IMG/VR virus record: IMGVR_UViG_3300025128_000119
Coordinates: 1-39,219 of that record
DNA length: 39,219 nucleotides
From: a virus
Taxonomy: Duplodnaviria; Caudoviricetes
Direction: 5' to 3' (one strand)
Shown here: in pieces, positions 6,845 to 19,100 of the stretch
Numbering within the stretch: position 1 is the stretch's first letter
Layout of the letters: each line of letters begins with the position of its first letter
Translations under genes and position numbers: made by a program
The notes under the pieces: generated by a model
What the model saw: the letters and a program-made list of their open reading frames with translations, nothing else
What the model was told of the DNA's origin: nothing
The model's database searches: none

Positions 6845-8426
6845 TCCCGTTAAGGGTAAAAAGCCCAAAAAAGAAAAAATCGTTTTAACTGGCGAAAAGA
6901 CTTCTGGTATAAATTATTTAGAATCTCTCTCACCAGAGGAGCAGCTAGAACAACTGTTAGCGGCATCGGCTAGAGGCGATAACGTAGAGAGCGTTTGCCA
7001 CTACGCCCAGCTAGTATTTGACGTTATACCGTCCGCAGTCCACAAAAAATGGATAACAGAGGTATTAGGTAATAGACGGGTAGTTATCGTAGCACCCCCC
7101 GAAAGTGCTAAGACCACTATTATTTCCGTTATATTACTAAGCTGGTGGATAGGGAAGAAGCCCTGGACCACCAATCTTATCTGTAGTGCAGGGGAGAACC
7201 TCTCCAACAATATAGCTAGAAGGGTCGCAGACGTTATAGAATTCAACGAAAAGTTCAAAATAGTGTTTCCGAACGTAGTTCCTGCTAAAGAGCTAGGCTG
7301 GAGCCGTGACGGCTATGAGGTAAAAGACACCTCAATGGATAATTGGGCACTTCTTACCGCTACCAAGAAGGACCCGACCCTCGCATCTGGTGGTGTCGGC
7401 AGTAGTAGTGTGAATGGTCGCCGTGTGACTGGTATTGCTATTGGCGATGACTTGCATGATAGGGAGAGTAAAAGCTCTGAGACAGTTTGTGTCCAGACCG
7501 TAGACTTTGTAAAGGATACGTTCCTACCCCGTTGTATGGAAGATGCCCATGCCGTGATTGTGCAGACCCGTTGGAATGGTAAGGATATTGTTGGTTATTT
7601 AGATTCAGTCGAGTATGAAGGCGAGAAGATGTATCAGGTCTTTGTCCATCCTGCGATAGAGAATGATGAAAGCTATTGGCCTGAACAATGGCCTATCGAG
7701 CGTTTGGAACGTAGACGGGCTGAGGTAGGTGAGGTAGACTTCCAGCTAGTGTATCTAGCTAATGCTAACGCTACTAAAGGTAATGTACTCAAGGCTGAGT
7801 ATCTGACTGATTTCCCCCAGATATGGATAAAACAAGAATTTAATCGCTTCTATGGGGTGGATTTCGCTATTACCCAACAGTCAATGGTTGGTACCCGTTA
7901 TAGGAAAGGGGACAATTTTGCGATTGCTAAGATAGTAGATACCCGTCCTGTGCTGGTAGTGGAGGATGGCTTTGTAGGTCGGGTCAATCAAGCTGAGGCT
8001 GAGAACGTCCTATTTAGTATGGCCTCTTACGATAATCCCCAGCGTATATATTTAGAAACTAATGCAGGGGGTGAGGTGTTCTATCAAGCACTGATGCGCC
8101 GTATGAGAGAGAATGGATTGCGCTTACCACTTATTGGTAGGAAGGCAATCAAAGGCAAAGCCGAGCGTATCAATCAGATGTTACCTGACTTTCAGTTCGG
8201 TAGAGTGAAGGTAAGTGACGCTCAAACCACGTTTTTGAAGACATTTCGGGACGAATGGCTCCGTTTTGGGGATAAAGCAGCCCACGATGATACGCTAGAT
8301 GCGGTATACTGGGCTTGGAGAGCGTCTGACCACTTACTTACTCAAAAGAGTAATAATGATTATGATGCTCAAAAACCGACTGGTCAAACAGTCGGTAGAC
8401 AAATCGAAATAGCATACGGACTATAG
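6828..8426 (+). CDS. terL: Terminase large subunit
   Basis: Walker A variant APPESAKT, Walker B IAIGDD, VQTRW, nuclease GVDFA and HDDTLDA. Confidence 0.95.
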   Translation: MTKKSSPVKGKKPKKEKIVLTGEKTSGINYLESLSPEEQLEQLLAASARGDNVESVCHYAQLVFDVIPSAVHKKWITEVLGNRRVVIVAPPESAKTTIISVILLSWWIGKKPWTTNLICSAGENLSNNIARRVADVIEFNEKFKIVFPNVVPAKELGWSRDGYEVKDTSMDNWALLTATKKDPTLASGGVGSSSVNGRRVTGIAIGDDLHDRESKSSETVCVQTVDFVKDTFLPRCMEDAHAVIVQTRWNGKDIVGYLDSVEYEGEKMYQVFVHPAIENDESYWPEQWPIERLERRRAEVGEVDFQLVYLANANATKGNVLKAEYLTDFPQIWIKQEFNRFYGVDFAITQQSMVGTRYRKGDNFAIAKIVDTRPVLVVEDGFVGRVNQAEAENVLFSMASYDNPQRIYLETNAGGEVFYQALMRRMRENGLRLPLIGRKAIKGKAERINQMLPDFQFGRVKVSDAQTTFLKTFRDEWLRFGDKAAHDDTLDAVYWAWRASDHLLTQKSNNDYDAQKPTGQTVGRQIEIAYGL

Positions 8427-8434
8427 GAGATATT

Positions 8435-8710
8435 ATGGCGATGATACCTATGGGCGGCCCACCAAACGGTGGTATGCCGCCAGGACCAATGCCTGGTGGA
8501 CCAATGGGTCCTGGGCCGATGCCACCTGGTGCGCAAGGTGGACCACCCCCAGAATATTTATTACAACAAATGTTAGCAGGACAAGGACCAGCTCCAGCTC
8601 CTGGACCTGAACTTATGGGAGCTTTGCAACAGCTACTAGATAGTTGGCCGCAAAAAAACCACCCATATTACATTGACTTAGCGAATGTTGTAGCACAGTT
8701 TATGGGCTAA
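8435..8710 (+). CDS. Pro/Gly/Met-rich small protein
   Basis: SD AGGAG; between terL and portal. Confidence 0.7.
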   Translation: MAMIPMGGPPNGGMPPGPMPGGPMGPGPMPPGAQGGPPPEYLLQQMLAGQGPAPAPGPELMGALQQLLDSWPQKNHPYYIDLANVVAQFMG

Positions 8711-8712
8711 AC

Positions 8713-10635
8713 ATGCCAGCTAGAAAAGAAAAGCCACAAGACGCACAATGGGTATTGGACCAACACGCTTTTGCCCGTGATTTATATTATGAAGCTATTG
8801 ACTTCTCCGAAGAAGTAGAGGAGTTATTTACGGCTAAATGGAATGTACCCCGTGATGCGGCTGATATGTCTACCGCAGGTGGACGAGCTACCCAGCTACG
8901 GCCTGCCCGTGCTAGGGCTATATTGGAGAAATTCCTTACTTTATTGAATGTAAGAGCTACTACTAAAGTTCAAGTAATACCCCGTAGTACAGGCGAACAA
9001 GAGATAAAAGCCTGCTCTAAACTAGAGAATTGGCTACTTGGTTATCAACGTCAGTACATGATGGAAACCAAAAAGAACCCGTGGAGGGATTTTGTATATT
9101 GGTACCTCCTGCGTGGTAGAGCAGTTATTGAAACTCGCTTTGATGTGAATATGATAGATAGCGAGTATTGTCCTATCAGAACTATCGTCACTGACCCTAA
9201 TATGGTTTATACCGTTAGAGGTGAGAATGGTATCGGTTGGTACACCAAAGAATACAAGCGTTATGTTTGGGACATAAGGTCTGAATTAGAAGGATTACAA
9301 GGTAGTAAGAAACGGCAGATGCCCGAACTACCTGACGATGAGAATGAGAAAGTACCCGTAGTAGAGTATTGGGACAAAGAGTGGAACGCCTTATTAGTAG
9401 ATGAACAACTAGTATGGGTAAATAGGCATGACTACGGCTTCGTTCCTATCTCAGAAGCACATTGCATGGACACGCCTTTGGCAGATATGCGCTGGGCTTA
9501 CAATTCTGTGCTTGGTCCTATTATGGACAGCCTTAAGCAACAATACGCAGCCGCTAGTAAATTAGCCACTGGTGTAGATTTGTTCTATTGGCCCAAAGTT
9601 TTGGTGCAATCGGCTACAGGTCAAGCAGTTATATTAGACTCTGGAATGCCAGGGGTGGAAAGTAACATACCACCCGATGCTAAAGTAACGGTTATTTCAC
9701 CTACTCCTAATGCGCAGGTCTTACAACAATTGATGGGTTGGCTCAAAGCGGATGAACAATTAGGTGGCATTCCTGAGATAGCATGGGGTGCCGAGCCTAG
9801 TAGTTTACAATCAGGCTTTGCCGTATCCCAAGTATTATCACAGGTCTTAGATAAGATACATGATAAAAAGACTAACCTTGAATTAGCTATGGGTTGGGAC
9901 TTTTCACATAAACTACAATTAGTAGAGAAGTTTGGCTTGATGGACGGCGTAAACTTACAGGTACCAGCTGGCGATGCAGCCAGCGTGTATGGCTCTAGTT
10001 CACGTAAGTCGATGCTTATTGATATAAAGCCTGACGATGTGGATGGACGTAACCACGTATCAGTAAGTATAACCCCAGAGTTACCGCAAGACCGAATGGT
10101 CAAGTCGCAGCTGGCACAAGCCTATCGTACCCCAGGTGTAGATGGCAAACCACTAGTAGACGACCAGAGTATTCTGGAGATGCTGGAGTTTGAACATCCC
10201 GACCTGATACGCCAGAGGATTAGAGAGCAGTTATTACCAGCTCAATCACAGGAAATAAACAAGACCTCTATCGCCGCATCTGAGCAAGAATGGATGCAAG
10301 AGAACAAAGAGGTATTAAAGTTAGCAGAGAAACGTAAAAATCCTGAAAATATGCCCAGTATGTCACCTGAAGAAATAGAAAAACTGGTAGACCTTATGGT
10401 TAAACAGAAACTAGCGCAATTAACAGGACAAGGTGGACAACTACCACAGATGCTGGCACAAGCGGCTCAGATGCCACCTGAAGGATTGATACCACAAAAC
10501 GGTGCCCAACCAGGCGTACCACCAGAGGTTATGCCTACTCAAATGGGTATGACAGCTGAAGACGTGGTACCTGATTTACCTGACTTACAACGCCGCCAGA
10601 ATCAACGGGTCGCTTACGGCAGACCGCCTAGCTAA
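8713..10635 (+). CDS. Portal protein
   Basis: 640 aa after terL; HDYGFVP motif, SGFA segment and Q/P-rich tail typical of podoviral portals. Confidence 0.8.
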   Translation: MPARKEKPQDAQWVLDQHAFARDLYYEAIDFSEEVEELFTAKWNVPRDAADMSTAGGRATQLRPARARAILEKFLTLLNVRATTKVQVIPRSTGEQEIKACSKLENWLLGYQRQYMMETKKNPWRDFVYWYLLRGRAVIETRFDVNMIDSEYCPIRTIVTDPNMVYTVRGENGIGWYTKEYKRYVWDIRSELEGLQGSKKRQMPELPDDENEKVPVVEYWDKEWNALLVDEQLVWVNRHDYGFVPISEAHCMDTPLADMRWAYNSVLGPIMDSLKQQYAAASKLATGVDLFYWPKVLVQSATGQAVILDSGMPGVESNIPPDAKVTVISPTPNAQVLQQLMGWLKADEQLGGIPEIAWGAEPSSLQSGFAVSQVLSQVLDKIHDKKTNLELAMGWDFSHKLQLVEKFGLMDGVNLQVPAGDAASVYGSSSRKSMLIDIKPDDVDGRNHVSVSITPELPQDRMVKSQLAQAYRTPGVDGKPLVDDQSILEMLEFEHPDLIRQRIREQLLPAQSQEINKTSIAASEQEWMQENKEVLKLAEKRKNPENMPSMSPEEIEKLVDLMVKQKLAQLTGQGGQLPQMLAQAAQMPPEGLIPQNGAQPGVPPEVMPTQMGMTAEDVVPDLPDLQRRQNQRVAYGRPPS

Positions 10636-11864
10636 TGGCTATACTGAAGCCAAAGGTACCAGGGGACCGTGGCAATCCCTTTACACATACAGGCATACAA
10701 AAGCCATCTGGTGCAATTCCGAGTGACCTAAATATACCTAGACAAGTTAGTAATGTTGGGCGATGGTTGCCTTATGTAGGTGATTTTTTTGAACAACAAC
10801 ATATAGTAAGTAACCCAAGGCTAACCGCTCAACAAAAACAAAAACAATTAGGTGAGATGGTACCTTACCAAATGCTGGACTTAATAAATCCTGTTGCCAG
10901 CGTAATACCTAAAGGAGCTATCAGAAAAGTAGCTACTAGTTTGAAAGACTTGGTCCCTACCTCGCCAATACGCTGGGGATATGGCACTGACTTTGCTGGA
11001 GCTATGGGTACATACGGACAATATATATTGCCTGACTCCTCTAAATACATAAAATCTGGTATGCCGATGGAGATTGCAAAACCTCGCCACACTAATCCAG
11101 ACAACATGGCAGCCATGATAGCCATGCTACCCGAACACTTTCGTAAACTCAATCCACCTAGACCAAGTGTTATTGGTGGTAAAGTACTAACTAGAGATGA
11201 GTATTTGAAAGCGATAGAACCTACTTTAGATGCAATGCGACAAGGAAAACAGTTCACGGGCACTTACGATACCCCACATTCAGGTTTTGCACCTCCTGTA
11301 CTCAATGTAGAGTGGGACGATTTATTTAAACGATGGCAAATATTAGGTCACGAGGGTAGAGGACGAGCGTTAATGGCAGAACAAGTAGCACCTGACCAAC
11401 TCATACCAGTAGATTTGTTTATGCAAAGGTACCCAGTAGACTCCATATTGGCTGGCCGAACTACGGATTTTGGTTTTCAGAACCCAGGAGGATTTAGGCA
11501 ATACTGGCAAAAAGGTCGTACTTATGCTCCTATAGCAGCAGACGATAACAGATTAAGTTCAGTAGGTACTATTAATCCCGACAGATGGTGGGACGATGCG
11601 TGGTTTGGGCGTGGTGGAGAAATCCCAGAAGATGCTTTATCAGATTATATTCACACTCGCCATGGACTAGACACACCCACGTTTTGGGAACAGTTAGGTT
11701 TTGATGCTTCCAGAGTAAGACCTGACCATTGGTCGTATGGAACAGGACAAAAACTAAGACAGGCAGGGTGGAAATACGGCGAATTAACTCCAGACGAGAT
11801 AGCACGCAGAAGTGGGGACCCACATAGCTATATGACGCACGCCACAATACCGCATGGTTGGTAA
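10635..11864 (+). CDS. Virion-module protein with ParB/sulfiredoxin-like domain
   Basis: PPVLNV...WQILGHEGRGRALMA...IPVDL resembles the GHEGRHR variant of ParB-N domains. Confidence 0.5.
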   Translation: MAILKPKVPGDRGNPFTHTGIQKPSGAIPSDLNIPRQVSNVGRWLPYVGDFFEQQHIVSNPRLTAQQKQKQLGEMVPYQMLDLINPVASVIPKGAIRKVATSLKDLVPTSPIRWGYGTDFAGAMGTYGQYILPDSSKYIKSGMPMEIAKPRHTNPDNMAAMIAMLPEHFRKLNPPRPSVIGGKVLTRDEYLKAIEPTLDAMRQGKQFTGTYDTPHSGFAPPVLNVEWDDLFKRWQILGHEGRGRALMAEQVAPDQLIPVDLFMQRYPVDSILAGRTTDFGFQNPGGFRQYWQKGRTYAPIAADDNRLSSVGTINPDRWWDDAWFGRGGEIPEDALSDYIHTRHGLDTPTFWEQLGFDASRVRPDHWSYGTGQKLRQAGWKYGELTPDEIARRSGDPHSYMTHATIPHGW

Positions 11865-11909
11865 TGGAAGATACAAAAACCTATTATAATAGGCACTAGG
11901 AGTAATACA

Positions 11910-13160
11910 ATGGCAAAATTCAGTAATCCTTATATACAAAGTTTAGTAGATATGGGACACGTAAGTCAAGCAGCTGCAGAAGCTGGCGACTTCCCAGATT
12001 GGGCTGGTGTCTATGAAGAAACAAACCCATTAGCTTGGGACGATTCTAAATTTGAAGACCCAAATGCAGGTATGGCTCAACCTGGTTGGAACCAGCCGTC
12101 TAATAATGAAGGTTATCAAGAAACAAATCCATTAGATTGGGATAGTAGCGGCTTTAGTGATGCGACAATCAATAAATACAAAGACCCACCCAAAAAGCCA
12201 TCACGTCCTGTAAATCAATATGCAGACGATGCTAGTGGTAATCCAGCTTTGTGGTCGTCACCTATGCCTGGTTATATACAGTTCCATCCAGGTGGAATGG
12301 TTTACGAACTAGGTAGTGCCAGTCCACACGAAATACAACAAAACCAACACCTGTTTCAAGACCAAGCTGTTACTGGTGCCAAGTGGGGTCAGGACTTCGG
12401 ATATGACCCTTATCTTCCAGACCGCTATTTTAGCTATGATAATATACACGTTCCACCTGAAGTGTTAGCACAATACGGTATGACCGATATGCCCAGTAAA
12501 ATGGCAAGGGAACGACTGTGGAATCAAGAAAGGGCACCCATTGCACCGCACAGTACAGCTATACATCCGTATGGTCTTACATATTCGGAGATGAACGCAT
12601 ATAACGAGTTTCGTAGAAACCAAGCAATGGATGAGATTGCTAGACGGCAAGCAGAACTAGCACGTTATTTAGGAGTAGGTGGTTACGCACAACAAGGTAC
12701 TAGTGCTTATCCAGGAGCTTGGGATAGTTATGCTTATCAGCAACAAGACCCATATGATTGGTCACAATATGCACCTGGCTCAAATATTGCCGAACAGGCA
12801 GCACTAGGTACTTATGCTGATGTGCCTGTAGTGTCAGGTGAACCTACGATTTATCCTGATACCACTTTATCTAATCCTTATATAGATATTAGAGGAGCAG
12901 GTTTAGAAAAAATGACTATGCCCACACGTACTAGATTAGCCAGTTGGCTTAGAGAATTAGGTTACTCAGGTCAAGGTGCCTATGGCGATTTTGGCGAAGA
13001 AAGCTACTTACGCCCAGAGGGGCAGACAGGTCCAGTAGAGTTTACTGCCGCAGACTTTGCACTAATCGAAGACCCGAACATGAGAAGCTGGATAGAATGG
13101 CTAATGGGTAGAATGGGATATGCTGACCCGATTAAGTATCCTGGCGCAGTAGCGGCTTAA
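11910..13160 (+). CDS. Putative internal virion/ejection protein
   Basis: SD AGGAG; low-complexity acidic N-terminus with YxETNPLxWD duplicated; precedes the giant protein. Confidence 0.55.
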   Translation: MAKFSNPYIQSLVDMGHVSQAAAEAGDFPDWAGVYEETNPLAWDDSKFEDPNAGMAQPGWNQPSNNEGYQETNPLDWDSSGFSDATINKYKDPPKKPSRPVNQYADDASGNPALWSSPMPGYIQFHPGGMVYELGSASPHEIQQNQHLFQDQAVTGAKWGQDFGYDPYLPDRYFSYDNIHVPPEVLAQYGMTDMPSKMARERLWNQERAPIAPHSTAIHPYGLTYSEMNAYNEFRRNQAMDEIARRQAELARYLGVGGYAQQGTSAYPGAWDSYAYQQQDPYDWSQYAPGSNIAEQAALGTYADVPVVSGEPTIYPDTTLSNPYIDIRGAGLEKMTMPTRTRLASWLRELGYSGQGAYGDFGEESYLRPEGQTGPVEFTAADFALIEDPNMRSWIEWLMGRMGYADPIKYPGAVAA

Positions 13161-13163
13161 TAA

Positions 13164-16100
13164 ATGGCTTCGAGAAGATTCGAAAAACCTGATAAACCTG
13201 CTGTAGCCGACACAAGGTATAAGGATATAAGTCCATTCGAGGACATTCCTTTAGAACCTCCGTCAGGCAACAGAGATGTTCCGTTTAAGCCAAAGGTAAT
13301 TGAAGAACCCAAATTCGAGCTACAACCACAAGCATCATATCGACCCCCTGTGAGGCCACGGGTAAGATTCGAGCAATGGCTTGACCAACAAGACTCAAAG
13401 CCATCTGCACTAGATATACCCATGCGTCCAGATATACAAAACGAGTATATCGACCATCCTGTACCTGGAATGCGAGAAAGATTTACATCTAAAAGAGGCT
13501 CTACAGACCGTGGCGAGTATTTAGATAATCTAGCAGAAGGAACAAGAGCAGCATCAGCTTACGGTTTAGATTATTTCCTAAACGAGCCTGCGAGTGTACA
13601 GGAAGCTAGGGATTGGACACGGCAAAATACCCAAAGTTTACAAGATGCTTACATGAAAAGATGGGAAGAAGAAGATGCTACATTTCAAGAGCAGCTTCAA
13701 GAGTATCGTGATAAACCCTATATAGTAAGTGAGGTTGAGGAAAATCCTGATAGATACGAGTTAGTTGCTAGACAAACTATCAATGGTGAAAAATGGGATT
13801 TAGTTTTAGATAGACAAGCCACACCCCAAACAGAAAACAAGTATGCTGATAGATACACCAAAGAGATGCTTGCACAAATTGAGCAAGCTGAAAAATTCAA
13901 AGAACAAGAAACCTTAAGAGCGTTTGGTTTACAGAACGAAGATGCTAATGTTTCAGCTGGCAAAAGTTTTGTTAGTCCATATAGCTACACAGGCCAATTT
14001 CGTTTTGTGCCATCGTTTGAGGAAGTAGAGCCTGATTGGTACGATAAAACCAAACGCAGTGGTGGAGTATGGAGTAAAACACAGGTTAAAAAATGGGCAG
14101 ATTGGTCCGCACGTAAAGGTTGGGAACTTCCTTGGTTAGAAAGTTTAACTGGTATTAGTGGTACAAGCATAATGCCTGGCTATGCCGAACTGGGTGTAAG
14201 TACAGGCGCAGCAGAAATGCTCAAAGAAAATGTGTATTTGGCTGATGGTACTTTATATACAGTAGATAGAAGCCCTAGCCCTGCTAGTTCTCAAGCATCG
14301 CCAGGGGGTACTTATGTAAGAAAGGTGGTCCAAGAAGATGGGGAGGTACGACCCACATTAGTGCGCAGTGGTGCTAAACCTAAGCCTGTTACCGCAACAT
14401 TATACGAAGCCTTACAAGATATTTACCCAGAGGAGTCTAATGATTTTTACGTTGAAGCAATAGCTGAAACTTCAGTCATTCCTTCTGGTAGTGCTAGTCA
14501 TAAACTTGAAGCAATAATCAAAGTTCACGATTTAGGCATGTCATGGACTGAAGCCATTGATGGCGACCCGAACATATTGCAAAACGAATTAGCACCGCTT
14601 ATGGATAATTGGTCAGTAAGCACCCATGATGCCTTTATGAGTGCCGTAAAACAAAATCCTAAAACAAATTGGTATTATAACAAGCGTATACAAGAACTAG
14701 CACAAGTAGGTATTACAGGTGAAGCTGCAGATAGAGATGTCGCTATAACTATACGTCAGTCAGGTTTACCAGGCAGTCAAGATGTTTCTAATAAATTTGC
14801 GCACGATATATTTTTTGACCCTTCTACATGGATAGCAGGACTAATAGGTAAAGGTCTCAAAACCGCTAAAGGCGCAGCGGATGCAGCTAAACGGTTAAAA
14901 TATTTTGGTCCTTCTATAGTAAAAGGGCGTGGATATGTGAACCCCAGAATTTTATCAAACATCTATGACCCCATCAAAGGAGAGTTTACGGAAGTTGGCT
15001 TACAGCAGGTTACTAAAGCAAACTCCAACCAAACCGTTCGTCTTGCTGACGATATAGCCGAAACTATCACCGATGATATAACAGAAACTGTCAGACAAAA
15101 CCAAACAGTATACCAAAGAGGTGGTGGGATAGGAGGATTAAATCCGATAGCCCTTACCGCATCAGGTGCTAAAGGTGAAGTCATTGAGCGTGCCTACGAT
15201 GCTTTTACTGCCATATTGAGTGATGTACATAAAGTGCAGGGTACTGTCAATCCCATTACAGGCCAAGTAAACAAAACGTCTATCAAGGAAGCTGGTATGG
15301 CACTTGCTACATTAGCGGAGCCTGCACCGCTTGTTGATGATTTTGTTTCAAGATTAGGTCGAGAAGCAGGTGAAAAAGCATTCAACACAGCCAAAGACGA
15401 TTGGACACTTCGTACTATACAGGCTGCTAATTTATTAGAGCCTTATGGTGTGGCAAGGTCAATAGCAGGCAGAGAAGCGTCAGCCCTGTTGTATCAAATG
15501 GTTAGAAATCCTGCCACTGGTAGAGTGGACCCACGAATTTTAGCTCAAAAATTACTCAGACAGGGTAAGGATGTAGACGACATAACAGAAGCACTTGTAC
15601 AACACTACGATGAAGCAGCTGAAACATTGCTGACGGGTAAAAACGGTAAACCTAATCCTATCCGTGAAAAATATCAATCATTCAAAGAGTACATAAACCA
15701 AGTGGATGATGCAGGCAATTATATAAACGACCCTGCTGATTTTGGACAATTCGAGCGTGGTACTAGAGGAAGTTTAGAAAGACATCGCCAGAGAGTTGCA
15801 GCAAGAAAAGTAGTAGATGAAAACAAAGAGAAAGTGTTTGACTACAACATGGGTGACTCGTTCATCAAAATGGGTTTGCACGAATTAGCAGCTGGTTGGC
15901 AAGGTACCAAAAACATTGTCAATACTGGTTTATGGATGTTATATGGTTCGCTCAATCCTGCGTATTCAGCCAGAAATTATTACAATAATATGCTAACAGC
16001 GATGGTTGATGGCAAGTATAGTCTAAAACCGCTTAGTGCCATTGAGGAATTTTACAATCACGCTCCTCGACCATATGCAGCTGAACGAGGTATTGGCGGC

Positions 16101-19100
16101 ACAATAAAAGCTGATATAGGTGGGCAGCAAGGTGACGCATTAGGGCAATCTTTGGCAGACAGAATGCTTGATAATCGGTTCGATTTATTTTCTGGCACAT
16201 GGACACCAACCATACCAAAGTGGGTACCAGGAGTTGGAGGAAAGAAAATTCGAATCGGAGCAAATGCTATTGAGCAATCTACGGGTGCCCGTGTAGCCTA
16301 TCAGGGCCAAAGTGATTTTCTAAAACATATCTTAGTCGATACAAAAACAGGTGTAGTGCCGTTGCCAGACGATATTGTATTGACGCTTGAAGCGGCAGGG
16401 CGTGGAGATTTAGTAGTGAACTTGTATCAAGATTTGTATAGTGGTGTAACTCGCAACGGCGACACAATGATGTTTAATGTAGACGGTGCGTTGAATAATC
16501 TCTATGATGCAATGCAAACCCCCCAAGGCTGGCAAGTAGACTTACGTTCTTTACAAAGACACATAACCGATGACGATATTATCCTGTTCAATAAAATTGA
16601 TGACGCTGGACAACTTGATATAGCAGTCAAAAAGATTTTACACAAAGCTGACACACCGCAAGAAGCAGCGGAACAGTTACGATTATATGCACAGGAACTC
16701 GATGCCAAAATTGCTGCAGCGGATAAACGTATACCAGCAGGTTTGGAAATTGAAGAACCAACATCTGAAACTAATCAGTTTCTAACTAGGGTGGAAGTTG
16801 AGAAAAACAAAGGTACACAACAGATAGATATAGCACTCGGCATAGATGATATTGAACGTATGGATTTGTCGCAATCGTTAAATGCTATACGGGTAGGTGA
16901 GTCTGAGTTGGCTGAAAATGTTGCCAGAAAACAACAGCATATACACAACATTATGAACAATGCGAGAGCTAATGCTGATGTACCACAATCTGTAGTCGAT
17001 GATTTACAAGAAAGACTTAACGCAGCTAATGCTAAAAATGACGCTGCTAGACAAGCGGCAGCTGCCGAACACGTAGACTTATTAAAAGACACGTGGAAAA
17101 GCCACGATAACATAGCAAAAATACCCAATATCAAACCTGAACAAATCTCCCGAAGGCGTGAAAGATTATGGCGAGGCGAGACAGGCTATCATGTACAACA
17201 AGCCATAAGAAGACAAGATTTGCAAGCTGAAATGGTCGCAAATTTAGAAGAAGTAATAAATTATGCCATGCGAACTGATGCAGACAATTTATTGCAGCCA
17301 GCTATAAAATATTCAGATACACCTTTGTTTAGTCCTGTAGACCCTACATCTTATAAGTATACGTTAGACCCACTTATTACTAGGCTTGACGAAGCAAGTC
17401 GTACTGTTGAAGGAGTTGTACCTGCTAAAACTGTGCAGTTGACTGCAGACCAAATCGATGACCTTTCGCTTTGGAGAGAACAACAACGGGCTAGAATGAC
17501 TCAGAACCTATCCCAAAGTCAACAAGTTGGCAAAAACAATAGAGACTTTGCATTATTACGATATACAGATAGACGTAACGCAGATACCTGGCTATCTAAT
17601 GTGTTTCCATTTCATTATTGGTATACTCGTACAGCGTATAATTGGACACAACGTGCCTTCATGCGGCCAGCCGCAGCTCAAGCATACGTAAGATTCCGAA
17701 TGGTAAGGGACCAACAACACGCAGCTATGCCTGAGTATTTGCGACAGGCTCTGTCGACAGACGATTTGGGTATACGGACAGATTATCCGTTATATTTTAA
17801 TCATGAAGGTATGTTTAATCCGTTACACCAATTTATAGGTAGTAATTTTGAAGACAGAGATAAAGAACAAGCAAGAATATTAGGTACCAATATCGGTAGA
17901 GTTGCCCAAGATATAGGTAATGTGGGTCCTGCTATGTGGGCACCGTGGCAATGGGGAATTGCAGCTTCGCAATTGGACTACACTGTGCGAGAAGGACAGA
18001 AACCTAAACCTGGTGAGGTACGGGTGACAGAACAAAATCGAGATACCGCATCGGCGTGGTTTGGAACTCTCAGTAATCAAAGTAGGGCTATTAGAGCTAT
18101 AACAGCATATGCACACGCTATATCCAATATAGGACAACCTGGTGGAATTAACCTAGACCCACTAGTAGCACTAGGGCACAGCATTAGGACACCAGGCGAC
18201 TTGAATCCAGGGTATACACGTAGTCTTACTAAATATGATGAAAATAGACTAGTTGAAGAATATGCCTATATGCTAGAAAACCCACAAGAATTTGCCCACC
18301 TGTATCCTAATAGGTCGTTTACCAGAGATGAATGGATACAAGAAGTGCAAAACAGCGCAATACAAGGTCCAGTTACTAAACTAGATTATCAGGCACAACA
18401 AGATGTTAGTCTAAGTATTGATGCGTATAAACATGGCGACCAGGATTATAATTACTTGTATGACGCTGCCCTCCAACGTAGTATCGAAAAAAATGTACCC
18501 AGAGCTTTATTCTCGTTCGGATTAGGTTGGATGTATCAAGGCACATCACAAGAAAAAGAACGTGTAACAGACTATTGGAAGCGTCATCAATATCTTAGTG
18601 GCTTATACGAAACAGACTTAGACCAAGAAGAAATTTCAGAGTTATATCGCCAATTTCAAGTTAATGACCCTTTGTTTGACATAGTACCTAACTTACGCAA
18701 TGGACAAACTGAACGGAACGACCATCTAGTAAGGAGTGCCATAAGTGCTGCCCCAAATGGTGTTGATATTTTAGTTGATACTATAGGAGATGATACAGCA
18801 ATTAGTAGGTTTTTTGAAACTGGTAGTACGCAGTATTTGACAGCTGAACAGCGTGATGAGTTACACGCTGCAGCGTTACGCCAAAAACTATTACTACAGC
18901 AACCACCTATTGAAAAACGCAAAGCATACTTACAGTCCCAAAAGGATGCAGAACAAATTCGGGATGAAATAAAAGCTACGCACGGAGAAGATGTGTGGAA
19001 CTTTAGAAACGAACTGTTGCAAGACGCAGCAACAAGTGACAATCCAACTGAGCTTATCAATGGTGAATTAGACCAGCTACAACGACAAGACCCTGAACTA

